Shown here piece after piece: positions 1 to 12,790 of a stretch of DNA of 64,000 bases. The notes beneath the pieces were generated by a model that was given only the letters and a program-made list of their open reading frames with translations, was not told the DNA's origin and made no database searches. Numbering within the stretch: the stretch's first letter is position 1; the number at the start of each line of letters is the position of its first letter. The DNA comes from Octopus vulgaris (Eukaryota): assembly GCA_951406725.2 (NCBI GenBank), contig OX597824.1:31558001-31622000 (forward strand), written 5' to 3'. The position numbers were made by a program, and so were the translations under genes.

Positions 1-270
1 CCATTTTGTGGGTATTTATGTTTGAATACTTTACATAAACACACATCTGTCTCTCTTTCTCTCTTTCTCTCTGTATACACATCCACCCAGAGAAAGAGAG
101 AAAGAGAGACAGATGTGTGTTTATGTAAAGTATTCAAACATAAATACCCACAAAATGGACAATTGTATGAACTGACAAAATTAGTCAACACTCCCTGCAC
201 AATCTCATATACACACAACCATACATGCACACAGTCACATACAAATATCTATGTCTGTATGCACACACAT

Positions 271-301
<31 letters not shown>

Positions 302-386
302 TACACACACACATGCATATTTATATACATATGCACATAAATATGTTGAAAACAAAAAACTAAAACTCTTTAATATTTCGTTTCAG

Positions 387-476
387 AAAATTACCTATAT
401 GATCCTTTCCATTTTGTCAGCATCTGTCTTTGCACACACTGGAATTGGTGCTTTTGCTAGCCATGCATTATGGGTT
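387..476 (+). CDS. Internal exon of MS4A/CD20-like tetraspan membrane protein (probably TM3)
   Basis: Acceptor tttcgtttcag| and donor |gtaagt; 90 bp, phase 0; encodes KITYMILSILSASVFAHTGIGAFASHALWV, a hydrophobic helix resembling invertebrate CD20-like TM3. Earlier exons lie upstream of the window. Confidence 0.8.
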
Positions 477-1544
477 GTAAGTGTATTTTTAACCAACTGT
501 TTTCTGAGCTATATACTTAAATTCAAGAACTATAATAAATTGTCTTCTTTGAATTATTGTACACCAATTAATTGCAGTTCTGCTATCCATTCTGTGGGTA
601 GATAAGTTCATCTGTAAGTGACTAGGAAGAAGGAGAGTAAAAGAATAAAAGATTTTTCCTCTCTGTGTTATCAATTAGAGAAAGTGAAAGTTGTGTAGTC
701 CTGCAGTGACAAGCCGGGTATTTTTAATCTGTACATTAATTTTTCATCATAATTATAAATTTACTATCATGTTGATAGTTGTGAGTACTGAAAGTTCTAA
801 GTGAATTGATTCAAGAACTTGGTTCTAATTCCTTGTAGAAATCATTACACATGTTTGTACTCTCTTCAAAAAAGGGCATGATTCCCCCAACTTTTAACAT
901 CTTCCTTGTAATGGAAGGATTTTATACCAATATTGAACTTTTGACCACCTCTCACTCTTCTCTCAAAAAATTTTGATGGGAAGCATTTGTAGATTGTTAA
1001 ACCCATTTTTTTTTTTTTTTCTTTCATTTAATTAATTTTTTGTTATGGTTTTGTTTGTCTTCAGGGCCTTGTATTTGTGTTCAGACTGTGCATATCACCT
1101 GTTGCTAACCAGTGACTAAATAATTCAAAATTCTGTTTTACAAAATAAAAACTAAATTACAAAACTCATCAAACACCAATTAGCATTAACATTAACTAAC
1201 ATAAAAGACAATGTGGGTACTTTAAAAATTAATTTTAGATATTTGGAATTATGGTGTTATTGTTTGGCTGAAATAGTCAGAATAGATAATCATTTGATGT
1301 TGCAGAACAGTAATATAATCATTAATAATTGGATATTATTACTTCATTTTTTCAATAGTTTCTCTAATAGAAATCCTACAGTTAGAATTATGTGTGTGCA
1401 TTTTATAAACTTCTCTGTAATAATTTCTATAAAACTTTACTTTCCTGAAATTTTCTCTGAGAAACACTGTAATATTTATATGAATTTATATACAAGTTGC
1501 TGGATGTAGAAATGGTAAAATGTCTTACAGAACAGGTAGTGATA

Positions 1545-1745
1545 TTTGGTTATGTTCCTTTAGGTTTTGAGTTCAAATCCTTCCTTAGATCAGCAACTTT
1601 GTTTTTCATCCATCTGAGGCTGATGGAATTAGAACCAGTGAAAGTACTTTAAGTTGACAGGTTGATATAATCGGCTATATCCTTGAAGGTGGTACTCCAG
1701 CATGACCACACTGAAATTACTGAAACTACTAAAACAATAAAAGAC
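1545..1745 (+). mobile_element. Degenerate SINE remnant (intronic)
   Basis: gagttcaaatcc B-box-like motif, ttttcatccatctgag and ccagcatgaccac resemble the SINEs at 38297 and 5154. Confidence 0.45.
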
Positions 1746-1910
1746 TACATTTAAACCATTTTGACATAATGGTTTTAAGAGCAAAATATCAATTTTGCAA
1801 GATTAATTCCCATACCACTAGAAAAGCATGGAAAATAACTTTCTTTGTAACAAGATAATCATATCAGTCACTTTCTTTCCCATTCAACTATTCTTTTTCT
1901 TCTTTTTCAG

Positions 1911-2030
1911 CGTTATCATAATCCAACAAGACTCTATATTTTGTTTAGTCTTGCAGCATTTGCTATGGTTGTGGAATTCGTTTTGTCAATTGTCTCTTCA
2001 TCCTTGTTGTGCTGCTGTTCAATAAATGAG
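1911..2030 (+). CDS. Internal exon of MS4A/CD20-like protein (last TM helix and Cys cluster)
   Basis: Strong polypyrimidine acceptor ttctttttcttctttttcag| and donor |gttagt; 120 bp, phase 0; encodes RYHNPTRLYILFSLAAFAMVVEFVLSIVSSSLLCCCSINE (E-x3-S-I...CC pattern typical of CD20-family TM4). Confidence 0.85.
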
Positions 2031-2579
2031 GTTAGTTCGATTTTATTCTTTACTTGATAATTATTTCTTGTATTGCAAATGTCACACCATTTATGTTATC
2101 TTAGATTTGGAGCAACCATATATGACATTGGTCATGTTTAGACTGCAAGAGATTGAATCATGTTATTTGGAGTTACTTCAGCTTATAATCCACAAAATTT
2201 TCTTTTCAAAAGGAAAATAGTAGAAACAGAAATATATAAGAAATGTGAAGTATATGATATAGTAGGAAAATTATAGACAAAGGTAGTGCTTGTGGTCAAG
2301 TACCAGGACAAAATGTGTCCCAAGCAGTAACATTCTAGCAAAGAGAAGAAAGTATTCTAGGACAGAGAACATGAGAATTGTTGCACATAATCTAGAAGGT
2401 TGATAGATTTTAAAGGAGTCCATCAAAATGCCTTGTGTTTTGTTTCAGAATGCATTAAGGATTGATTAAGAGAGTATTCTTTATACAGTAAATCAGAGCA
2501 AAACACACAGATTCAGTATATGCCACAAAACAAATGCAAAATCATTGACAATTGTTTAGCTAAGGAGCTATGAGTGTAC

Positions 2580-3575
2580 TGTCAACATCAGTTCTTTTTA
2601 CCACCATCAGCATCAACACCTCTTAACAGTCAACACCAACATTGTACTGTCAAAACCAACACCTCTTACCATCATCAACACAACACCTATTAATACCATC
2701 AACACAACACCTCCTATCATCATCAACACTTCTTATCACTGTCAACACCTCTTTTCACCGTCAACACCTCTTTTCACTGTCAACACCTCTTATCACTATC
2801 AACACCTCTTATCACCGTCAACACCTCTTTTCACCGTCAATACCTCTTTTCACCGTCAACACCTCTTTTCACCGTCAACACCTCTTATCACTATCAACAC
2901 TTCTTATCACCGTCAACACCTCTTTTCACCGTCAATACCTCTTTTCACCATCAACACCTCTTTTCACCGTCAACACCTCTTATCACTATCAACACCTCTT
3001 ATCACTGTCAACACCTCTTTTCACTGTCAACACCTCTTTTCACTGTCAATACCTCTTTTCACTGTCAACACCTCTTATCACTATCAACACCTCTTATCAC
3101 CGTCAACACCTCTTTTCACTGTCAACACCTCTTTTCACCATCAACACCTCTTTTCACTGTCAACACCTCTTATCACCATCAACACCTCTTATCAGCGTCA
3201 ACACCTCTTTTCACTGTCAACACCTCTTTTCACTGTCAACACCTCTTTTCACCGTCAACACTGCTTTTCACTGTCAACACCTCTTAACACTGTCAACGTC
3301 AACACATTTTAGCATAGTCAATACCAACATTTTCCTATATAGTCAACACCAACACCTCATGGCATAGTCAATAACAACACTTCTGAATACAGTCAACACC
3401 AAGATCTTTAATATCATCAATACCAACATCTCTTAACAGTATAAACACCAATTCCTCTTAAGACCATCAACACCAACACCTCCTAAGACCATCAACACTT
3501 CTTAACACCATCATCAAAACACCTCTTAAGACCAACAACACCAGCACCTTTTACCATTGTCAACAGTAACACCTC
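2580..3575. repeat. 19-bp minisatellite (unit TCAACACCTCTTTTCACYG), intronic
   Basis: Homogeneous core ~2720-3290 with degenerate flanks; explains the 19-aa periodicity of ORF 2642..3367. Confidence 0.9.
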
Positions 3576-4194
3576 TCAAGCTTATGTAAGCATGACCTTC
3601 AAATTTTTAAAATCATTACGTTATTTACATACTTATTTAGGCATGCCAGTACATCAAACAAGTTTCATTAGCTTGCTACCTACAATGTCTATAAAAAGAA
3701 ATTTATAACATAGAACCTCCAATAGAAAGCCTTATCCAGAGAGAGAGATGTTACACTGGAAAACTGCAAACCGCACAAACTTTATATGAATATATGGTTG
3801 AAAATCTTATTCACCAAAAATAACCTCCTGGGAAAAATTACTGAAAGTACTCCTTCTTTTGATCATATAAACACGTCAATCTTTTCAATGCCATCAAACT
3901 GATACCACTTCTATAATTTTTCATTCCTTAATTTTATTCCTTAATCTATCTGAAGCTTTGTTTACATTTTTCATTTCCATTTTCTTATGTCTCCATTCAT
4001 CTTTTTGTAGTCAACTGTAGTATATTGATTTAATGGTTTAACCATGAACCATTTACTAAGTTACTACTGACAATCCACTGTTGTTGTGTATATTAGTTAA
4101 TTATTTCCTATTACTGCTCATACATACAGATATACACTTTTCTATTTGTATGTATTAGTCATTTTCTGCATGGTGAGTGAGTACATATATTTGT

Positions 4195-4235
4195 TTGTAT
4201 ATATAAATCTCTCTCTCTATATATATATATTTCTT

Positions 4236-4298
<63 letters not shown>

Positions 4299-4441
4299 GT
4301 ATATGCATGTATGCATATATGTATGTATGTGTATATGTATGTAGGTATATATGTATGTATGTATGTATGTATATATATTTATATATATATGTATGTATGT
4401 ATATATATATGTATGTATATATATATATTTGTATGTATGTA

Positions 4442-4477
<36 letters not shown>

Positions 4478-4491
4478 TGTATGTATGTATG

Positions 4492-4528
<37 letters not shown>

Positions 4529-4538
4529 CTACACACAC

Positions 4539-4580
<42 letters not shown>
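4195..4580. repeat. Compound (TC)n/(TA)n/(ATGT)n microsatellite
   Basis: Directly visible. Confidence 0.95.
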
Positions 4581-4585
<5 letters not shown>

Positions 4586-5153
4586 TTAGAAAAAAAAACA
4601 CCTTTTATCAATTCAAAATGAATAATTAAATTTCACCATGTAGAAAATTACATATAAAAGTGTACATGAATTTTTGTGCGTGTATGTGTTTCCAAGCATA
4701 ACTGTGTGGTAGCCAAACAGGCACAAAGAAAGAGACTGCACTTAGATTTGAAAACATGGTCACATATATTATTTATACACATATTATATGTTCCTTTTGT
4801 ATATTTATGTGTCTGCATGCATATGTGTACTTATCATTTACTTGTATATAAATGTACATATGTATTCTCATTAATGTATGATTGTGTACACTAGCAGAAA
4901 GATCAAACTGTAGGCAGTTAGCTGCTGGTCACTGAATATTTACACATTTGATTCTGAATTTGCATAAATTCTCTGAATGTGTTACATCTAACTTTCCTTT
5001 GTATCTTCTATTTGTCTAATAGTATTCACTTACTCAGTAAATATTCCTTTCATTATCTTATTGCAGTCTTAATCTCTCTATTTTAAACAAACTCAAAGGT
5101 AGTCAGTCCTCTATGCGATGGTTTATTATGCTGTAAATAGCAGGAATAACATA

Positions 5154-5552
5154 GGTGCAGGAGTGGCTGTGATATAAGTAGCTTGCTAACCAACCACATG
5201 GTTCCAGGTTCAGTCCCACTGTATGGCATCTTGGGCCAGTGTCTTCTGCTATAGCCCCGGGCCGACCAATGCCTTGTGAGTGGATTTGGTAGACGGAAAC
5301 TGAAAGAAGCCTGTCGTATATATATATATATGTATGTGTGTGTTTGTGTGTCTGTGTTTGTCCCCCTAGCATTGCTTGACAGCCAATGCTGGTGTGTTTA
5401 CTTCCCCATCACTTAGTGGTTCGGCAAAAGATACCGATAGAATAAGTACTGGGCTTACAAAGAATAAGTCCCGGGGTCGATTTGCTCGACTAAAGGCGGT
5501 GCTCCAGCATGGCCACAGTCAAATGACTGAAACAAGTAAAAGAGTAAAAGAG
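5154..5552 (+). mobile_element. tRNA-derived SINE, family 1 (internal TA/TG tract)
   Basis: A-box-like tggctgtg..taa and B-box-like ggttcagtccc; same body recurs about nine times in the window. Confidence 0.85.
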
Positions 5553-5829
5553 GTGTATTCTAAGGCCTAAAAAATACTAAACAATCATACCAGTAAATTC
5601 ACCTCTGATTTTTTTTTTTTTTCAAATTATGCTAGTGTAGTGATTTTAGATCCCACCCTGCTACCCATTCAGCCTACCTCCTGGTAATTTGAAATTGCAT
5701 TCAGATTCAGGAAGAGCTAAGATTACCCTTGAGTTCCTGAGAGTGATTTGAAATAATGCCAGATTATTCCCTGAAATCTTTCTCCAGATGTTTGTCGTAT
5801 TTGTGGCAAATAAAGTTTGTTTTCTTTGT

Positions 5830-5911
5830 GTGTGTAAATCATAAAGAAAAAGTTTTGAGTATTCACTTTGTATGTGTAAATCATAAAGAAAAAGTTTTGA
5901 GTATTCACTTT
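5830..5911. repeat. 42-bp tandem duplication
   Basis: tgtgtaaatcataaagaaaaagttttgagtattcactttg occurs twice. Confidence 0.85.
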
Positions 5912-6339
5912 GTTGGTTAAAGTTGAATAAGCCACATTTAAAATGTGTGAATATATTTATTTAATAATTGTATATTAATACATTTTGTTTTGTATAATAT
6001 ATATTTCGATTGCTAGTTTGTTATTAAAATGCTTATATCAAAAAAAAAAAAAACTTGCGGAAACAGAATCTCTGATGTTCAAAGTGTTATTTAAAGATAA
6101 AAATGCTTGCAGATGTACTGGGAAAAAATCACATTAAAAAATCTTATTGTTGGTTGTAACACCTGCGATTATATAACATTTCTTTTCTGTTGGCATATAT
6201 ATTTGTACATTTTAGTTTTGATAACTTATATAAGCACACAACTACAGGTAGTACACAGAGGAGAAATAACTTTTTTTCTCCCCCATTAATCATATATGAA
6301 CTCCAGTAACATGAACAGTGGAGGGTTTAGTAAATGCTA

Positions 6340-8400
6340 CAAAAACAAAATAGTGAATACATAAAACTACTACAACCAAAAGACCTTAAACTAAGACCTA
6401 TTATAGCTGGTTCAGCTTGTCCTACACATCATCTGAGCAACCTCACTGATATTATCCTAAAACCACTATGTAGTCACATGCCCAGTTTCAATTGGGATTG
6501 ATTTCCTGTCACATCTTCCCAAAACAACAGAATCTGATTCACTGTTAGTTTGTTTTGATGTAACAAACTTATATACGAACATTCCACATGATTTGGGAAG
6601 TACTGCCATAAAATATTGGGTCAAGAAACATAGAGAAGTGATCCCCAGTAGATTTACTGTAACATTCATACTAGACGTAGTCAGCCTAATCCTTGAAAAC
6701 ACTCTATTCCTTTTCAACGGAAAAAAACTACCTCCAAATTTGAGGCACAGCTATGGGAATGTGATTTGCTCCAGTTTTTCATGAACATAGTATTGGGATA
6801 CTTGGAACAAAACATATATCAAAATTTGAAGAAAACTATGGCATGACCTTTAGAAGGCATATAGAGGACACATAGAAAAGATACCTCAATGATAGTTTCC
6901 TAATTTGGACCAAATCCCTAGAAAATCTGTAACAATTTAGCACCCTCCTCAACAATCTACACCACTAGTCTCAAATTCAGAAGAGGAATGAGCAACACAC
7001 AATTACCATTTCTTGACATAATGGTAATTAAAAACAACACCACATTCACAACTGATATTCATTACAAAAGTACAGAGATACACACCAGTACCTAAGTTTC
7101 AAATCATGCCACCCAACATACACAAAATGCAACATTCCGTACTGTCTAGCCAGAAAAACTTGTATTATAGTAGATGATCTAAATACCAGGAACATATGAC
7201 TTGTAGAACTCAAAGGATTTCTGCTCAAGCAAAAACACCCTTTCCTACTTATAGAAAATAGCATACAATGAGCAAAAGCGATACCTATAGAACAACTTAG
7301 GGCAACATGAGAAAGACGAACTCATCAACAGAACACAATACCATTTCTAGTAACACACAATCCACATCACCAAAACATATTTAACATCATCAAAACAAAT
7401 TTGCCAATCATGAAACAAAGGGAATAATTAAAAAGCATAATAACTAATCAAACACTTATCTTAAGCAAAAGGCAACCACATAGCCTAAAGAAACTATTAA
7501 GAAAGGCAAAGATAAAACATTCACAGTATCCAAGTGTAATACATGCATTCTGGTAGATCCATTAGAACAAAAAATGGGCAGATTTTCACAAATGCTAGAT
7601 ATTAACTGCAAAAGAAGAAATTTGATCTAGTGTGTTAAATGCCCCTAATTACGAGGGACTATACATAGGCGAAACAGGGAGTGCATTATCAGAACACTTA
7701 TGAGTTCACAGTCAGCAAATCCAGAATGCTAATGTTTGCTAAATTCCATTGAAACATGTGGTCAGAAAATGTTTCTAATTTTTCCTTTTCACAAACTACA
7801 TGACACAGGTGAGGTTGGAAGAAAGGCAAAAGAAAAAAACGTTTTATTAAAATGTTATAACCTGTTCTGAAAGGAAATAACATCAATAATATAACAACCA
7901 GTTAATGATGTGGATTAAAAAATATCTTTAACATATGAATATAAACAAATTATAGAAGACTCCCACTGACTGAAATAAAAACGATCAAAACCAACTAAGT
8001 TTACTCACTCATAAAACCATTACATGTAAACTGCATGCCAATTAGTTAAAATAGAGGGATCTATCCCAGCAATATTGATGTGCCTGATAGACCATGATGT
8101 TTAAGCTGCATGCTGATTGGTCAAAACTATTCATTAAAAAAATGCAGCTTGTCAGAACCTTCTAAAAGGTATAAAAAAGAAGTCAGTCATTTTACTACAG
8201 TTATCAACTGTCAGTCAATACATTTTGAAATCTGATGATTACTACTAACGTATGAAAGCACTAATTGAACTTATGAACATTACTAAATATTATATTTTTA
8301 AGGTTTAACACGCTTCAACATAGTAAAATTTGTTCATATACAATAATAAAAAAACGCGAAAACCAGACCATTTTGTAACTTTATTCAACTGATATATCAT
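6340..8400 (+). mobile_element. Degenerate Penelope-like element (RT + GIY-YIG pseudogene, 3' terminal repeat), in the last intron of the MS4A-like gene
   Basis: Fragments FLSHLPK, FDVTNLYTNIPHDLG, KHREVIPSRFTV, GTAMG, LPFLDIMV and NIPYCLARK are colinear with the ORF at 52876-54312; many stops and frameshifts. Confidence 0.9.
8226..8268 (+). ncRNA. Degenerate minimal hammerhead ribozyme motif in Penelope 3' region
   Basis: aat-CTGATGA-ttac..gtat-GAAA-gcac-TA-att; same relative position as the HHR at 54807; stems weakened. Confidence 0.5.
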
Positions 8401-8450
8401 TCTATACATATTTACACAAATTCGTATATGTGTGTGTGTGTATATATGTG

Positions 8451-8508
<58 letters not shown>

Positions 8509-8657
8509 AAATACAAAATGGGACTGCGTTCTTGTCCCATTTTGTATTTTATACATATGTATTTTATACATATGTATTTTATACATATGTATTTTATACA
8601 TATGTATTTTATACATATATATATAGTGGCATACATACACTTTGTTCTCTCTCTCAT

Positions 8658-8692
<35 letters not shown>

Positions 8693-8820
8693 TCATATGC
8701 ACTCACTATAATAATTGATGGAAATGGTCGTTTAAAGTATTTTGTTTTAAATGATACTTCTTTAAAATATTTTGGTTTTAAGGAAATTTTATCTTTTAAA
8801 ATCTACTTTGGCTTCTGCAG

Positions 8821-8976
8821 GGAACAAGTGTTTGGGTATCAACAAACCAGACAGCTGAATTTATAAACCCAGCATCTGATATGAATGTTGCACCAGCCAT
8901 TGGATATCCTCCAAATGTTGTACCGGCATATGAGCCTGTACAAGAAAAAAATGGATTTGAAATGAAATGCCCATAA
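8821..8976 (+). CDS. Terminal coding exon of MS4A/CD20-like protein (Pro/Tyr-rich cytoplasmic tail)
   Basis: Acceptor ctactttggcttctgcag|; phase 0 matches the previous exon; GTSVWVSTNQTAEFINPASDMNVAPAIGYPPNVVPAYEPVQEKNGFEMKCP* ends in TAA at 8974-8976. Confidence 0.75.
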   Translation, partial: GTSVWVSTNQTAEFINPASDMNVAPAIGYPPNVVPAYEPVQEKNGFEMKCP

Positions 8977-9033
8977 ATTGTGAAAATGAGAAATAGTTCG
9001 GAAATATGCATATGTTAATTTTGTGTTTTGATT

Positions 9034-9039
9034 AATAAA
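9034..9039 (+). terminator. Candidate polyadenylation signal AATAAA of the MS4A-like gene
   Basis: First AATAAA after the stop codon; others occur near 9242 and 9574. Confidence 0.4.
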
Positions 9040-9156
9040 TCTGATTCAATAACAGTAACTAAAATTTTCTACATTAACCCATTCATTTCTTGTTTTACAG
9101 TCATATCTATATAGCACATAGATATACTAACAAACATCTATATTCAACTGTTAAAG

Positions 9157-9401
9157 CAGTGGTTCTCAACAAGAGTTCATATGGCCCCTTGTGGGGATCA
9201 TATCAGATTGTGTTGTTAAAATTTATGAAGAATAGTTCTACAATAAACAAAACATGTTAACAATTTTTAAAAAATTTCCTACTAATATTCAGTTATATAA
9301 ATATTACAGTATTTTTTAAACATTGAATAGTTGGGAGGGTCTATCCAAGTAAAATAGGAATTTAAAAAATCCATAGGCAAAATACGTGTTGAGAATCACT
9401 G
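9157..9401. mobile_element. hAT (Charlie-like) MITE
   Basis: TIRs CAGTGGTTCTCAAC / GTTGAGAATCACTG; flanks share ttaaag, but there is no clean 8-bp TSD. Confidence 0.7.
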
Positions 9402-9697
9402 TTAAAGTAAATAGCACTTGCCAATTTGTACTATTTTTATTGAAGCTATCCCTATTCAAATATCCATCTGAGCTATTTTACTGTTTAAAGTTCATGTAAG
9501 GAATTTTAAAATTCCCATTAATTTAGTGTACATATTTACACTACATATTTTTGATTACTTTTTATTTTTCTAGAATAAAATATCTTTCATTAACTGCCAT
9601 TTGTATTTACTTTTGTCTTTTAAACTAACTGTTTTGTTCTCCATTCTGTAATGTTCAACTATAATTCTTTTAAATGTTTGTACCAACTGTCCCTAAA

Positions 9698-10039
9698 TCT
9701 TACTATAATGGACGTTATATCTGTCTGTCTGTCTGTTCCCTCTTTACGATCAAACAGCTGGATTAATGGTGACAATCTTTTTCAGGATTACAAAGGAAGT
9801 GATCAGGAAGGGTTTTAGCAAAAAAAAAAAAAAATGTGTAAAAGTATGATTATTTAGTAGATATTGAGTTTTGTATTAATAAATTACCTTTGATTTTTTG
9901 TTGTTGTTAAAATTTCGGCAACAAGGATTAACTCTGGATTCTTCATCCCCTCCCCACCCCGTATAGTTCGTGAATTTAGAGGGTTTAGATTTGCGATACT
10001 ATCCCTTTATTTCCCATCATAGATGGGCAAATTTACTAG
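9698..10039 (+). mobile_element. Non-autonomous Helitron
   Basis: A|TC 5' start (TCTTACTATAAT, then a CTGT repeat); subterminal hairpin CCCATC-ATA-GATGGG at 10013-10027; CTAG 3' end. Confidence 0.75.
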
Positions 10040-12180
10040 CTTACTATAATGGGCATTATGTCCATCTCTTTGTCTGTTCCCTCTTCATGCCAAGGAAAAT
10101 AGCCTCTTCATTTTCCTAGCCAAGGCAAATAACCCATTCATTTTCCTTTAATTACCCTAGACACTACCAAGCTCAAAGTTAATGGCCAAGGGATGCAAAC
10201 TGACAACAGGTGGATCGTGCCCTACAACCCATTGCTGTCTAAAACATTGCAGGCCCATGTTAAGGTTCAGTCATGCAACTCTATAAAAAGTATTAAGTAT
10301 GTATGTTTTTGGAATTAGGCAGGCAGATGAAATTCAGCAATATAATTTGGGCAGGTATATTTTCTCTAACGAGGGCTTTGAAATCCATGAGCGGCATCCA
10401 ACAGTGGTGAATCTATCTGTAAATCTTGAAAATGGTCAGCATGTATATTGCACAGAAGACAATGCTCAAAATGTAATTCTGAATCCATCAGAAACCATTT
10501 TGACAGCTTTCTTCAAATTATGCCAATGTTATTTGTTTGCTCGAACACTGTTGTATGTTGAGGTCCCCGTGTACTTTACCTGGCAATACAATAGATGGAA
10601 CAGACACATGGAGCATGCATTGTTGTCTTCAGAAGTGGGGCTATTGGGCGGGTGTACACTATGCACCCTAATCAGCAGGAATGTTTCTTTCTGCATCTGC
10701 TGGTGCACACTGTCAAACTATCGAAGACACAATGGGGAAGTCTGAATGGCCTGCAGAGAAACCTGCATCAAACATGGACTACTGGAGGGCGATGCTCACT
10801 GGTACCAGACATAGGAGGAAGCAGCAGTCAGCAGAGCACCAAGTCAACTGCACCAGCTATGTTCTATCATGTTGATGACATGTGGTTTGGGCGACCCACA
10901 AAACCAGCACGGCAGAGGACATCCTACAAAGGATTCAATGGCAAACCTCAGCAGAAATTGCCACATTCAATAACGCCATTTACAATGGGGCATTACTTGA
11001 TCTGGACACCCAAGTGCAAGCTGTGGGAGGTCAAGGCATTACCACATTTGGTCTGCCTCAACCGAAGCAGACAGCAAACAATCTCAAAATTGAGTACCTG
11101 CAAGAAATCAGCTATGACATTGAGGAAATGACAGTGTATATAGCTGATAACAAACACAAACTGATGGAGGACCAACTGGATGTTCATAAGACCATTATTT
11201 CAAGCATCGAAAGTGAAGGAGGAGGTCTTTTCTTTCTGGATGCTCCAGGTGGAACTGGCAAGATATTTGTCATCAACCTTCTTTTGGCTAAACTGCAGTG
11301 GCATCAAGTGGAATAGCTGCAACTCTGCTAAGAGGTGGCTGCACAGTTCATTCCAGTTTCAAATTCCCTTTGCACCTGTCAAAGAAAGAAAAAGCAAACT
11401 GCAACATCAGTCGTGGTTCTATAAAAGACAAACTTCTGAGTGAATGCAGATTGATCATCTGGGATGAGGCGACAATGAGCCATAAGGTTTCCTTTGAAGC
11501 TCTTGACATGGCTCTTCAGGATCTGAGATACAACACCAGGCTCATAGAAGGAGCTACAGTCTTGCTTGCAGGAAACTTTAGACAAACCCTTCCTGTGTTT
11601 CCAAAGTGGACAAGAGCTGTTGCGGTAAATGCCAGCATAATGTTGTCCTATGTATAGAGCAGTGTGCAAAAGCTGAGACTCACAACCAACATAAGACTGC
11701 AGCTCAGTGGTGATGATGCAGACAGAACCTTTTCAAAGCAACTGTAGGACGTTGGTAATGGCACTTCGGTTGGCAAGAAGGATGGCTGGGAAAGCTTGCC
11801 TTTTGGACCTATGGTATCTAATTTTAAGGAACTAATGAATAAGGTATTTAACAACCAGAGGAATCAGTTTACAGACCGCAAATGGCTGAAAACCCGTGCC
11901 ATTTTAGCTTCAAAGAATGTAGCAGTTGATGATTTGAACATCAAACTTTTGGAATAGTTGCTAGGTGAGCATCACATCTACAATTCCATTGACACTGTAC
12001 TCAACATCAATGAAGCTGTGAATTATCCAGTTGAATTCTTGAATAGTCTAACATCACCCAGCCTCCCACCTCACAATTTTCACCTCAAGATTGGGGCACC
12101 AGTTATGCTGCTTTGAAACCTTAATCCACCAAGGCTTTGCAATGGTGCACGACTTATAGTAAAGATGATGATGCTATTTT
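10040..12180 (+). mobile_element. Helitron with internally deleted, decayed RepHel (PIF1-like helicase) pseudogene
   Basis: Starts with the same 5' end as the 9698 element; peptides WIVPYNPLL, FEIHERHP, FLDAPGGTGK (Walker A), ASSGIAATLL, IIWDEATM, GNFRQTLP, LPPH and LNPPRLCNG; multiple frameshifts. Confidence 0.92.
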
Positions 12181-12259
12181 AAAGCATTCACTCATTACAA
12201 GGTCTTTAGACCACTGAAAACTACTAGATTAAAATGGACGCTAGAGAGAAGTCAATAGG

Positions 12260-12790
12260 TGACAATGTACATTAAACTTAAAAGACTGGAGGTCATATTG
12301 AAGAGGAAAACAAGACCGTGGAAGAGAATTCGACAGCACAGAGATGCGAGGGAAGAAACTGGTACTGTAAAGTGCTTTACTGGTACTTTAGGAGGTTGCA
12401 CAGTATACAGATGAGAATTGAATGCAAGTTTAGTTGATTGCTGATAAGTTCTTAAAGGAGGAACCAGAAGCGAAAGCTCAGCTGAACAATGTCCATGAAA
12501 ATACTTATAGAAAAGAGACAAGAAAGCCACAGAATAACAATAAGAAGAGTGAATTCAATTTAGAAGATTGATCATGACCAATAGTATTACAAGTACGGAG
12601 TTGAATGTGGCCCAACAGAGTTAAACAATCCACAGGAGCACCTGCCCGCATGTGACAACAGTACTCAATGCAGGGGATGAATGGTGGACATATAAAGATA
12701 AAGAATAGTGTCAGAAGTGAGATAACTCCTCGAACAAAGGAGTGAGCCTACCTTCAGTGCAGCCAATTTAGCAATAGATTTAATATCATC
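12260..12790 (-). mobile_element. C-terminal fragment of CR1/L2/Jockey-type LINE ORF2
   Basis: Minus-strand peptides resembling LYxSTIHPCIEYCCH and LSLFYKYFHG; degenerate. Confidence 0.6.

Noticed and set aside
2720-3290. CRISPR-like repeat array
   Set aside because: Units are contiguous with no unique spacers; eukaryotic context and no cas genes.
2642-3367. 241-aa repetitive ORF
   Set aside because: Translation of a 19-bp minisatellite (unit not a multiple of 3) inside an intron; non-ATG start.
8796-9011. Minus-strand ORF/exon (GSYAGTTFGG...) with a plausible acceptor at 8936
   Set aside because: Antisense shadow of the + strand terminal exon, which fits the phase and family of the upstream exons; no partner minus-strand exons seen.
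10299-11657. Host PIF1 helicase gene
   Set aside because: Intronless, frameshifted and preceded by a Helitron 5' end.
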